DNA of 64,000 nucleotides from Acidobacteriota bacterium (GTDB taxonomy: Bacteria > Acidobacteriota > UBA890 > WLXD01): assembly GCA_963666055.2 (NCBI GenBank), contig CAXWPH010000015.1, forward strand, positions 192,001 through 256,000. Reading direction: 5' to 3'. Under the pieces are notes generated by a model, which saw only the letters and a list, made by a program, of their open reading frames with translations, was not told the origin of the DNA and searched no databases. A program made the position numbers and the translations under genes. This document shows positions 54,995-64,000 of this stretch, in pieces (the stretch's first letter is position 1; the number at the start of each line of letters is the position of its first letter).

Positions 54995-55837
54995 ATGTTC
55001 GACTCGCGTTGGAAACGTGCGGCAGCAACCTGTCTGCTCGGTGCGTTTGTCTTTTCCGTACCGGCACAGGCGCAGGATTTGGGCGGAGCGCCGAGCAAGG
55101 CTTGGACGAACGAGGCGCAGCTCGCGCTGGTCAGCGCCTCCGGAAACAGCGCCGGCACGACGCTGGCGGTGACCGATCGGTTCACCATCAACGGAGACTA
55201 CTCCGAGATCATCATCTTTGGAGAGGTCTACCGCTCGACCTCCACGCAACGCGCGCTGGTGAATCGCCAGAACGGTACGGTGCGCGAGACGCTTACCAGC
55301 GAGACGACGGCGCAGCGCTACGAGTTTGGTGTCAAGTACCGACAGAACTTCGTCGGCAACATCTTCTGGTTCCTCGGCGGCGACTGGTTTCGGGACCGCG
55401 CCGCCGGAATCGACAACCGGCTGACGGGCCACGCTGGCCTGGGCGTTCGTTTTCTCGAGAACGCCCGCGCCTCGGTCGTGGGTGAGGCCGGCATCGGCCT
55501 GACGCGTGAGACTCAGGTTTCCGCACCGCTGGACAACTATGTGGCCGGTCGTGTGGGCCTCGACATCAAGATGGGGCTTTCCTCCACTGCCGAGCTCAGC
55601 TTTGGCGGTGAGTTTCTCACCAACCTGCAACACAGCACCGACTACCGTTTCAACGGCCGCGCAGCGATCACCGCGCACATGAGCGAGCTCTTCGCGTTGC
55701 GTATCAGCGGCATCCTGCGCACCGACAACGTACCGCCGATCCTGATCATCGATAGCATTCCGAACAATCCGCCGGCACCGTACATCGTCGGACGCAGCGA
55801 CCGGTTGATCATCGGCTCGGTGGTGATGACGTTCTAG
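54995..55837 (+). CDS. DUF481 family outer-membrane protein
   Basis: Signal ending AQA, ALVSASGNS, RDRAAGIDNR, terminal F. Confidence 0.75.
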   Translation: MFDSRWKRAAATCLLGAFVFSVPAQAQDLGGAPSKAWTNEAQLALVSASGNSAGTTLAVTDRFTINGDYSEIIIFGEVYRSTSTQRALVNRQNGTVRETLTSETTAQRYEFGVKYRQNFVGNIFWFLGGDWFRDRAAGIDNRLTGHAGLGVRFLENARASVVGEAGIGLTRETQVSAPLDNYVAGRVGLDIKMGLSSTAELSFGGEFLTNLQHSTDYRFNGRAAITAHMSELFALRISGILRTDNVPPILIIDSIPNNPPAPYIVGRSDRLIIGSVVMTF

Positions 55838-55984
55838 TGGACTGAGTCAGGCCACTAGCTGCTAGCCGACTGTTGCGCTAGCTCTCGGTCCAGTCCATGG
55901 TCGGCGCGCTCACCGGCATACAATACCGCCGAGCCGCGGCGACAGCCGCCCGGCGTCGACCCCAGGTCCTGGCTAGGAAACTGC

Positions 55985-56593
55985 ATGCTTGACCGTTCTC
56001 GAAGCGCCTATCGGTTCTTTCCCTTGCTGTTGACGCTCGCCGCATTCGGCTGTGGGCCGGCAGAGCTCGGCACGCCGACCGCCGATGAGATCGAGGCGCT
56101 GCTCGACGCCACCTTCCCGCGCGCCGCTGGCCAGGTGCAGGTGCGCGACATCGAGCGAGCCGACAGCAGCGTGCGCGCCAGGGCGGACTACGCCGGCTCC
56201 GATGTAACGCTGCTGCTGGTGGTCGGCGAGTCGTCGTGGATCGTCGACGGGGCCGAGATGGGCGGCAACACCTACACCACCGATCAGCTGCAATCCATCG
56301 GCAACTCGCTGGCCCTCATGCAGGAGGTCTCCGATGCGCTGGCGGTGTTCCGTGCCGAGACCGGAGCGTATCCGCGGCTCGAGGACCTGGTCGGCCTGCG
56401 TGAGCTGGTCCCCGATTATTACTCCCCCTCAGATACCGGCTTCATCGACGGGTGGGGCAACGGCCTGCGCTACCGGATGCAGGAAGATGAATACACGCTG
56501 ACGTCGGATGGTCCGGACGGGCGCAGTGCTACCACCGACGATCTATTCCTCATTACCGGACCGGGCGAGGAAGCAGCGGGCGCCGAAGACTAG
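55985..56593 (+). CDS. Lipoprotein with a GspG C-terminal-like domain
   Basis: AFGC lipobox; ALAVFRAETGAYP, DGWGNGLRY, SDGPDG..TTDD. Confidence 0.68.
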   Translation: MLDRSRSAYRFFPLLLTLAAFGCGPAELGTPTADEIEALLDATFPRAAGQVQVRDIERADSSVRARADYAGSDVTLLLVVGESSWIVDGAEMGGNTYTTDQLQSIGNSLALMQEVSDALAVFRAETGAYPRLEDLVGLRELVPDYYSPSDTGFIDGWGNGLRYRMQEDEYTLTSDGPDGRSATTDDLFLITGPGEEAAGAED

Positions 56594-57078
56594 GCTGGTT
56601 TGCAACCCGCGTCGGCGGCGGCGCGTAGCTCTCTGAAGAAGGCGCGCAGGAGCTCGCCGCACTCATACGGATGCGTCGCGTGCCGCACCTCGCGTAGATG
56701 CGGCGCCAGCGCCGGGTCGGGAAGCTCTATCGCCGAGCCGCAGGCCCCGAAACGCGGATCCCGCGCACCGTAGATAAGGCGTTCCACGCGCGCCATGATG
56801 ATCGCCCCCAAACACATCAAACAGGGCTCCAGCGTTACCACCAGGGTCGAGCCGTCGAGGCGCCAATCACCGGCGACGCGACCTGCCTCCCGCAACACCA
56901 GGATCTCGGCATGCGCCGAGGGGTCGTCGAGCTGCTCGGTGCGATTATGGCCGTCCGCGACAGGCTCGTTGCCACGCAGCAGGACGGCGCCGACAGGCAC
57001 CTCGTTCTCCTCCGACGCCTGGTTCGCCTGGGCGATCGCCAGGCGCATCCACGCGTCGATGTCGAGAAGACGCGTCAT
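56590..57078 (-). CDS. tadA: tRNA-specific adenosine deaminase
   Basis: EVPVGAV, DPSAHAEIL, TLEPCLMC, DPRFGACGS, LLRAFF. Confidence 0.9.
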   Translation of the reverse strand: MTRLLDIDAWMRLAIAQANQASEENEVPVGAVLLRGNEPVADGHNRTEQLDDPSAHAEILVLREAGRVAGDWRLDGSTLVVTLEPCLMCLGAIIMARVERLIYGARDPRFGACGSAIELPDPALAPHLREVRHATHPYECGELLRAFFRELRAAADAGCKPA

Positions 57079-57126
57079 GCGGAGCAGACCATCCCACTTC
57101 CCCGCCGGTCTGCCAGAGAAACGAAG

Positions 57127-57200
57127 CGCGCCCCGGAGGACTCGAACCTCCAACCTCCTGGTCCGTAGCCAGACGCTCTGTCCAATTGAGCTAGGGGCGC
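57127..57200 (-). tRNA. tRNA-Arg(ACG), CCA not encoded
   Basis: GCGCCCC/GGGGCGC stem, TAGCTCAATTGGACAGAGC, CTACGGA anticodon loop, GGTTCGAGTCC. Confidence 0.95.
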
Positions 57201-57342
57201 ACTTGAAGAAAAAGCTCGGACCGAGTCGGCAAGCATAGCATCGCGGTTTTGGGGCGGCAAAACGCACCGGCATTCGCCGCGCCCCAACCGCCGGTAGTCG
57301 GCTCGGCCCTGCTAAGCTTAGGCGCAGCGGGGGTGGGATTCG

Positions 57343-58158
57343 ATGCGATCGAGACTCTTGATCGGCTTGCTCGTGGTCGTGGCGGTGGTGCCGGCGCAGG
57401 CGCAATCCGAGCTCGATACGCGGCTGCGAATGGCGCTGTTCAAGCTCCAACAGGGCGACGCGATCAATGCGCTGATCGATATCGAGGCGATCCTCGCCCG
57501 CGACGATCACTATTGGCCTGCTTACTATCATCTGGGCCGCACGCAGGTACAGCTCGGCGACGATCTCGGGGCCAAGGCCTCGTTCCTCCGTGCCGCGGAG
57601 CTCAACCCCGGCAACGCGGAGCTGCACTATCTCATCGCCACCGTGGGGTGGCAGCTGGCCGACTTCGAGGCTGCCTGGACGCACGGGATCGCCGCCATCC
57701 AGGCCGGCTACGATCGGCGCCAGGTCGAGCAGCTGTTCAAGGAGCTGCGCCACTACTCGGACGAACCCGCAGACTTGACACGCCGGCTCGCGGCGCCGGG
57801 CGTGGTAGTGGTCGAGCTCGGATCCGACGATGACGAGTATCAGGACGGTGGCGAGCTGACGTCGGTAGCGCGCCAGCTGCGTTCAGCGATCTTCCGCTCG
57901 CTCGAGTTGGCCTCGGTACAGGAGGCAAGTCTGGCCCGATACCGCGTCGAGCTCGAGCGTCGCCCTGCAAGTCAGCTCGACGATGCACCGGGCGTCGGCG
58001 TCGCCACGTCTTCGTTCCGCGCCGTCCTGTTCGCCGTGGCCGACGACTCCCACCTTGGCGAGTATGTCATGCGACTCGACGCCTCGGCGGATGCCCCCGA
58101 ATCGATGTTCGAGATCAGCCATGTGGTTGCCAAGCTCGAGGCAGCTATCGCTCGGTAG
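57343..58158 (+). CDS. Exported TPR protein
   Basis: Signal ending AQA; AYYHLG, AAELNPGNAELHY. Confidence 0.78.
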   Translation: MRSRLLIGLLVVVAVVPAQAQSELDTRLRMALFKLQQGDAINALIDIEAILARDDHYWPAYYHLGRTQVQLGDDLGAKASFLRAAELNPGNAELHYLIATVGWQLADFEAAWTHGIAAIQAGYDRRQVEQLFKELRHYSDEPADLTRRLAAPGVVVVELGSDDDEYQDGGELTSVARQLRSAIFRSLELASVQEASLARYRVELERRPASQLDDAPGVGVATSSFRAVLFAVADDSHLGEYVMRLDASADAPESMFEISHVVAKLEAAIAR

Positions 58159-58196
58159 CCCGTCACTCCAGTGGCCAGTCACGCAGGAGCCAAGCG

Positions 58197-59540
58197 TTGA
58201 GCATCGGACCCTACGCCACGTTGATTCGCGGCGGCACCTTGATCCTCCCCGACGGCGATCTCGGCGTTCGTGCCGAGTCCGGGGACCTGCTAATGGAGGC
58301 CGGCCGGATTACCCGCCTGGGTGTAGTCGATGATCCGCCCGAGGGGACCCGTGTCATTTATGCCAGTGGGTGCGCCGTGTTGCCGGGATTCGTGCAGACG
58401 CACGTGCATCTCTGCCAGACGCTCTTTCGCGGCATCGCCGATGAGTTGCCCTTGCTGACCTGGCTGCGCGAGCGCATCTGGCCGCTCGAGGCGGCGCACA
58501 CCCCGCAGTCGATGCGCGCCAGCGCTCGCCTGGGGGTCGCAGAGTTGCTGCTGAGCGGCACCACGGCGATACAGACGATGGAATCGGTGCACCATACGGC
58601 AACCGTCATCGAAGTACTGGCCGAATCGGGGATGTTCGCGGTTACCGGCAAGTGCCTCATGGACGACCCGGGAACCTGCCCGCCGGAGCTGCTGCAGCCT
58701 ACCGAGACGGCGCTGCGCGAAGCGGTCGATTTGGCCGAATGGTGGGACGGATCAGATCACGGACGTATCCGAATATGCCTCGCCCCGCGCTTCGCCGTGA
58801 GCTGTACCGACGCATGTATGAGCGAAGTGGGGGCGCTGGCGGCGACCGGCGGCTGGCGGGTGCACACCCATGCGTCGGAGAGCCGAGATGAGGTGACGCT
58901 GGTCGAGCAACGCACAGGGCGGCGCAACATCCACTATCTCGCCGACATCGGGCTGGCGGGGGCGCACGTCGGGTTGGCCCATTGCATTTGGGTGGACGAA
59001 GACGAGGTCGAGACGCTGGCACGTACCGGCACACACGTGCTGCACTGTCCGAGCAGCAACTGCATGCTGGGCTCCGGGATCGCTCCGTTACCGCTGCTGA
59101 TAGAGCGCGGGGTGTCGGTGAGCCTCGGCGCCGACGGCGCCGCCTGCAACAACACGCTCGACATGTTCCGCGAGATGCGCCTGGCGACGATGTTGCAGAA
59201 GTCGATTCACGGCCCTCTCGTGATGTCCGTTTCGACGCTGCTGGACATGGCCACGCGGCGGGGCGCAGAGGCGCTCGGTTGGGGATCGGAAATGGGTGCG
59301 CTCGTACCCGGATCGAGGGCCAACGTGGTGCTCGTCAGCCTGGACGGCACGCATGCCACGCCAGGCCCCGATGCGTTGTCAACGCTGGTGTACTGCTGCC
59401 GAAGTGCCGATATCCGCGCCGTGTGGCTTGCCGGTGAGCAGGTGGTCGCGGAAGGCCGCTTGGCGGTGTGGGATGAGGAAGAGATTCGCCGCGACGCGAA
59501 CCGCGAGGCCCAGGCCCTGGTCGAGCGGGCGGGGATCTGA
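58197..59540 (+). CDS. Amidohydrolase (MtaD/5'-deoxyadenosine deaminase-like)
   Basis: QTHVHL, HTHASE, LAHCIW, HCPSSN, LGADGAACNN. Confidence 0.9.
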   Translation: MSIGPYATLIRGGTLILPDGDLGVRAESGDLLMEAGRITRLGVVDDPPEGTRVIYASGCAVLPGFVQTHVHLCQTLFRGIADELPLLTWLRERIWPLEAAHTPQSMRASARLGVAELLLSGTTAIQTMESVHHTATVIEVLAESGMFAVTGKCLMDDPGTCPPELLQPTETALREAVDLAEWWDGSDHGRIRICLAPRFAVSCTDACMSEVGALAATGGWRVHTHASESRDEVTLVEQRTGRRNIHYLADIGLAGAHVGLAHCIWVDEDEVETLARTGTHVLHCPSSNCMLGSGIAPLPLLIERGVSVSLGADGAACNNTLDMFREMRLATMLQKSIHGPLVMSVSTLLDMATRRGAEALGWGSEMGALVPGSRANVVLVSLDGTHATPGPDALSTLVYCCRSADIRAVWLAGEQVVAEGRLAVWDEEEIRRDANREAQALVERAGI

Positions 59541-59639
59541 CGATCTCTCGGTGTGCTTCGATCAGTTCGGCGCTGCCAGGGCTCGGCTACGTACCCCGGC
59601 GACATGCGCTCCGAGTCATAGCGCAGAGGTTCGTGCTCG

Positions 59640-61988
59640 TCAGCGTCGCGGTGTTGGCGTCGCCTCCAGGCTGCGAAGAAGATTGATGACTTGAGGATCC
59701 CGGGGCGTGAGAGCGAGCAAACGACGCGCGTAGTCGAGGGCGCGGTTACCGTTGCCAGCATCGCGGGCGAAGGAGACCAACGCAAGCAGGATGTCGCGGT
59801 CGCTGGGGAAGCGCTCGTGAGCCTGATCCAGCACCCGGAGCGCGCCCTCGACGTCTCCGGAGGAGTGTGTCGCCACACCCGAGACATAGGCATATCGCGG
59901 CACGGTCGGCGCCAGCTCGGCGGCGCGCCGTAGGGGCTCCAGAGCGTCTGCGCGGCGTTGCCGGCGAACCAGGGTCAAGCCGAGGCTGTGGTGCAGCGCC
60001 GCTTCGTCGGGTGAGCGCTCGATTGCGAGGCGTAGGAAACGTTCTCCCTCACCGTCGCGGCCTTGGGTCCGGTACAGGTCGGCGAGGTTCAGGTAGGCGG
60101 GAGCGAAAATCGGGTCGAGCTCGAGCGCACGCCGATAATGGCGCTCCGAGGCCGCGGGATCGTCGCGAACGAGAGCCAACCAGCCGAGATTGACCTGTCC
60201 CTGCGGTTCGTCGGCGTGCAACGACAGGGCGCGCTCGTACTCGCCCAGCGCTGTCTGTAGGGCGGGGCCAAGCTCCCGGACCACCGCCTCTGCCGAGAGC
60301 GACCCGAGCGCCTGGGCTGCTGCCAGCCGAGTCGAGAGCATTGGGTCTCGTAGCAGCGGAGCCAGCGCACCAGCTGCGGCGCGGGGACTGGCGCCGGCAA
60401 GTGCTTCGACAGCGGCTCGACGCACCAGCGGATCGCGGTCGCGGAGCGCACCTTGAACGACGGGCAAGGAGGAGGGTGTCAGGTACGGGGCCAATAACTC
60501 GAGCGCGGTGGCACGCACGATCGCCGGGTAGTCATCGTTGCGCGCCACTTCGACGAGGCGTCCCTCGGAATCCCGGAGGCCGGCCCGGCCGGCCGAGATC
60601 GCTTCGGCCCACTCCGGCCCACGGGTGCGACCTGCGCCGTACCAGCGACGTATTGCAGCGGATGCCCACTCTGCGCCCTCGGCCCTGTGGCAGTCATCAC
60701 ACGCGTTGGGAACACCGATGGACACGCTCTGGTCTGGTCGCGGAACCCGGAAGCTGTGATCCCGGCGTTCGTCGACCACCATGTAGGTGCGCGACGGCAT
60801 GTGGCAGGAAACACACGCTGCCGCCTCCGTGCCCGCCTCGTGGAAGTGGTGCGCGGGGCTATCGAACTTCGTCGCCTGGTGGCACTGATTGCACAGGGCG
60901 TTGCCCTGCGCGTAGACCCGCAAGTCGTGGGGCTCGTGGCAGTCACTGCAGGTCACACCGGCGGCGTACATGCGGCTCTGTACGAATGATCCGTAGACGA
61001 ATACCTCGCCGAGGATCTGGCCGTCGGCGTGATACAAGCCCTCTTCCAGCAGCGCGAGCCGGTGGGTGTTGGCGAGGGGTTGCCCGGCCTGGTAGTCGTC
61101 GGTCAGCGTTCCACGGCGCGAGTGGCACCGACCACAAGCTTCGACTTCCAGCTGCGTTGCGCGAGCCGGTGTGCGTGTTGCCAGCCCGGTTCCAGGATCG
61201 ATGTTCCACGACGGACTGCCGTTGCTGAGATCCACCACCAGCTGCATCGCGGCGGCGTCGAGGCCGGCGGTGACAGCGCCGCCGTCGGCCCAGTCAGCGT
61301 GCCCTGACCCAGGTCCGTGGCAAGCTTCGCACGAGACGTCGATCTCCGAGAACGTGGTCTCATAGCGTTGCTCGGCGGCCACGAAGCTCTTTCGAAGGTT
61401 GGTGGAGTGGCATTCAGCGCACATGCGGTTCCAGTTCTGGTCGATTCCAGTCCAGTGCAGTCGATCGCCAGGCTGCAGCACCTGATCGGGGTACAGATCG
61501 AACCAGCGCTGCCCCCCTTGGTTCTCTGAGCGGGCATCCCAGGCGATTCCGAGCGCCTGGTAGCGTCCTCCCGGAAGCTCGATGAGATACTGCTGCAGGG
61601 GTTCGACCCCGAACGTGAAAGTGATCGCGTAGTCGTTTAGCTGGCCTCTCGGCCCGACCGTCCGCACCGAGTAACCTCCGTCGACGCGTGAGAAGCGCGT
61701 CGCCGCACCGTCGTGGGTGAACGTGGCGTCGTCGAAGTTGCCGAGTACTGTGGTCGCGGTGGCGCGTTGCATGGCGCGATCATGGTGTGAGCCGGTCCAC
61801 CGATCGGTTTCACGCGCGTGACACTCGGTGCACCGAGCTCGGCCCACGTATACGGCCGCTGCCGCGTTGGATCGTCTGGCACCGCGCTCGAGGGTTGCCG
61901 GGTCCGGGCTCGGGCTACACGCGACGTAAAGCAGAAGTACAACCGACGTGGCGGCACAGCGCCGCGCGGAACGCACATCGTGTGACAT
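59640..61988 (-). CDS. Octaheme c-type cytochrome with HEAT and TPR repeats
   Basis: Eight CxxCH motifs (CTECH, CAECH, CEACH, CGRCH, CSDCH, CNQCH, CVSCH, CDDCH); DPLVRRAA; AYLNLADLY. Confidence 0.9.
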   Translation of the reverse strand: MSHDVRSARRCAATSVVLLLYVACSPSPDPATLERGARRSNAAAAVYVGRARCTECHARETDRWTGSHHDRAMQRATATTVLGNFDDATFTHDGAATRFSRVDGGYSVRTVGPRGQLNDYAITFTFGVEPLQQYLIELPGGRYQALGIAWDARSENQGGQRWFDLYPDQVLQPGDRLHWTGIDQNWNRMCAECHSTNLRKSFVAAEQRYETTFSEIDVSCEACHGPGSGHADWADGGAVTAGLDAAAMQLVVDLSNGSPSWNIDPGTGLATRTPARATQLEVEACGRCHSRRGTLTDDYQAGQPLANTHRLALLEEGLYHADGQILGEVFVYGSFVQSRMYAAGVTCSDCHEPHDLRVYAQGNALCNQCHQATKFDSPAHHFHEAGTEAAACVSCHMPSRTYMVVDERRDHSFRVPRPDQSVSIGVPNACDDCHRAEGAEWASAAIRRWYGAGRTRGPEWAEAISAGRAGLRDSEGRLVEVARNDDYPAIVRATALELLAPYLTPSSLPVVQGALRDRDPLVRRAAVEALAGASPRAAAGALAPLLRDPMLSTRLAAAQALGSLSAEAVVRELGPALQTALGEYERALSLHADEPQGQVNLGWLALVRDDPAASERHYRRALELDPIFAPAYLNLADLYRTQGRDGEGERFLRLAIERSPDEAALHHSLGLTLVRRQRRADALEPLRRAAELAPTVPRYAYVSGVATHSSGDVEGALRVLDQAHERFPSDRDILLALVSFARDAGNGNRALDYARRLLALTPRDPQVINLLRSLEATPTPRR

Positions 61989-62159
61989 GATCGCCCTAGA
62001 GTAGACGACTCGGTGCGCCTTGCCTGCAGCGTGCGCATGACCGGAACACTTCTCCGGCACGCGCTTCAAGTTTTGACAGCTTACGACCACAAGATCACGT
62101 TCTGAGGTTCTCGTGCAGACCGTCCCGGACTCCGTACCGGCAAGTATGCGGTTGGACCA

Positions 62160-62762
62160 TTGAGCGATCGTCCCGTACGCACCACTCTCTGGCGCGAGCC
62201 GCTGCTACATTTCGTGGTTGCCGGGTCCGCCCTGTTCGCTTTGTTCGCCCTGCTGGGCGAGCAGGAAGCTCGCGACGATCGCATCCTGGTGACCAGGAGC
62301 GACGTCGAGCGGCTCGCCGAAACATGGCGGCTGCAATGGGAACGCTCCCCGACCGAGGCAGAGCTGGTGCGCCAGTTGGACGCGTTCGTTCGAGTGGAGG
62401 TGCTCTACCGCGAAGCCGTGGCTCAAGGTCTCGGTCAGGGCGACGCCATCATACGGCGCCGCCTCGCACAGAAAATGGACTTCGTTCTCGAGAGCATGGG
62501 CGATCAGAGTCCGCCCGATGATGAGGAGCTGCGGCGTTTTCTCGCCGCCGAGCCGGGGCGCTTCCGCGTCGATCAGGACGCGCCCTTCCCGGCGCTCGAT
62601 GACGTACGCGACGCGGTGCTGACCGCCTATCTCCTGGAGCAACGGCTCGAGGCCAAGCGTTCCGCATATGCAGACCTGCGAGTGCGATACGAGATAGAGA
62701 TAGAGGATCCCGCTCTACACGATCAGCTCGTCACGATGTGGTCTGCGGGGCCGGACCGGTGA
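62160..62762 (+). CDS. SurA/PpiC-related protein lacking the central rotamase region
   Basis: REPLLHF, EVLYREA, DAIIRRRLAQKMDF, directly followed by ALDDVRD. Confidence 0.75.
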   Translation: MSDRPVRTTLWREPLLHFVVAGSALFALFALLGEQEARDDRILVTRSDVERLAETWRLQWERSPTEAELVRQLDAFVRVEVLYREAVAQGLGQGDAIIRRRLAQKMDFVLESMGDQSPPDDEELRRFLAAEPGRFRVDQDAPFPALDDVRDAVLTAYLLEQRLEAKRSAYADLRVRYEIEIEDPALHDQLVTMWSAGPDR

Positions 62763-63751
62763 GATCTGCCCCGATCATAGGATTGCTCGCTATCCTTGTC
62801 GGCGCCGCTCTGCCGGCGCTCGCGCATGAGGTTCGTCCCGGCTACCTGCAGCTCCGCGAGATCGCTCCGAACGCTTACGCGGTGCTCTGGAAGCTCCCCC
62901 TGTCAGCAGCGGCGGGGCAGCGTCTGGCACCGGTGCTGCCGCCGAACTGCCGTCCCACGAGCGAGGTCGTCAGCTGGCGTGGCCCGGTTTCGATCATCGA
63001 GCGCTGGACCGTCGCTTGCGACGGCGGCCTGCAGGGCCGACCCCTGTCGATTGATGGCCTGGAGGCGACCCTGACAGAAGTGTTGGTGCGCGTCGAAGAC
63101 GCGGACGGCGCGGCGCGCACCGCGATGTTACGGCCTCAAGCTTCGTCGATGGTTGTTGCTGCCGAACCTTCGACGCTTGCTGTGGCCCGCACATACACGC
63201 GGCTGGGTACCACCCACATCCTGCTCGGTATCGACCATTTGTTGTTCGTTCTGGCATTACTCCTGTTGGTGAAGAAGCGCTGGGTGCTGGTGAAAACCAT
63301 CACTGCGTTCACCGTGGCCCATAGCGTCACGCTAGGCTTGGCGACGCTCGGTTTCGTGCGGATTCCGTCCAGTCCGGTCGAGGCGGTGATCGCGCTCAGC
63401 ATCATGTTCCTCGCCGCTGAGCTCCTGCGGTCAGCGCGCGGTGATGCGACCCTGACGGTGCGATACCCGTGGATCGCCGCGTTCGGATTCGGACTGCTCC
63501 ACGGGCTCGGATTCGCCGGTGCCCTCACGGCGCTCGGATTGCCGGCCGGTGATATCCCTGTGGCCCTGCTGTTCTTCAACGTCGGTGTGGAGCTCGGCCA
63601 GTTGCTCTTCGTCGCGGCGGTGCTGGTGCTGGTAGGGGTGGCTCGCAGGCTGCAGATAGCGTGGCCCGAATGGGCCGTCCCCTTACCTCCTTACGCTATC
63701 GGCACGGTCGCCAGCTATTGGTTCATCGGTCGATTTCTCGCGGTGTTCTGA
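62759..63751 (+). CDS. HupE/UreJ family protein
   Basis: HILLGIDHLLF, TAFTVAHSVTL, FGLLHGLGFA, FNVGVELGQ. Confidence 0.92.
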   Translation: MRSAPIIGLLAILVGAALPALAHEVRPGYLQLREIAPNAYAVLWKLPLSAAAGQRLAPVLPPNCRPTSEVVSWRGPVSIIERWTVACDGGLQGRPLSIDGLEATLTEVLVRVEDADGAARTAMLRPQASSMVVAAEPSTLAVARTYTRLGTTHILLGIDHLLFVLALLLLVKKRWVLVKTITAFTVAHSVTLGLATLGFVRIPSSPVEAVIALSIMFLAAELLRSARGDATLTVRYPWIAAFGFGLLHGLGFAGALTALGLPAGDIPVALLFFNVGVELGQLLFVAAVLVLVGVARRLQIAWPEWAVPLPPYAIGTVASYWFIGRFLAVF

Positions 63752-63777
63752 GGCGTGCTCCGCGGCGAGTCGGAAGT

Positions 63778-63956
63778 CTAGCAGACCGTGGTGAAAGTGT
63801 GGTGGGTCTGGCGACAGGGTCTTGCGAAGTGGAGGCAAGGAGAGAGGAGGAGGCGATGATTACCGCATCGTTGACGAGGAACGACGCAGCATACGCGCGC
63901 AACCCCCTGTCGCCCGAAGGGTTACGGCCCACCACACTTTCACCACGGCCTGCTAG
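63778..63956. mobile_element. MITE with 25-bp terminal inverted repeats flanked by CTAG
   Basis: CTAG-CAGACCGTGGTGAAAGTGTGGTGGG ... CCCACCACACTTTCACCACGGCCTG-CTAG; no transposase ORF. Confidence 0.85.
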
Positions 63957-64000
63957 AGGTCGAACGCCATTCGCCACTGGTAGATCGAGGTCGGGTCGGT

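Noticed and set aside
57079-57753. 387-aa version of tadA
   Set aside because: The extension crosses tRNA-Arg and is antisense to the TPR gene; homology starts at 57078.

Overview
GC-rich bacterial DNA. The gene repertoire (Hanks kinase, carboxypeptidase-regulatory-type TonB receptor, DUF5916 protein, multiheme-TPR protein) resembles Acidobacteriota, but that assignment is inference. Three zones are visible. (1) 1-13.2 kb: metabolic genes (M20 hydrolase, Tat sulfite-oxidase-family enzyme plus cytochrome c, SDR, a kinase/M23/aminotransferase fusion damaged at its 3' end) with a small accessory patch at 6.3-9.9 kb. (2) About 13.2-47.4 kb: a heavily eroded island running from a broken tyrosine integrase to the 3' end of tRNA-Ser(CGA). 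It holds many IS3-family copies and solo ends, a degenerate tRNA-Ser, a tRNA-Leu fragment, defence-gene remnants, and four same-strand remnants of one phage/satellite-like module (primase, ori repeats, GpA terminase, cos-like motif, HNH). The intact cargo is mostly cell-envelope genes: two TonB receptors, a beta-barrel, DUF5916 with LytS/LytTR, and YugP. (3) 47.5-64 kb: mostly intact chromosomal genes (S9 peptidase, YdjY, VKOR, PAP2, tadA beside tRNA-Arg(ACG), amidohydrolase, octaheme-TPR protein, HupE/UreJ), ending in a CTAG-flanked MITE. No CRISPR array or rRNA was seen. All family calls come from motif recognition by eye, not database searches.
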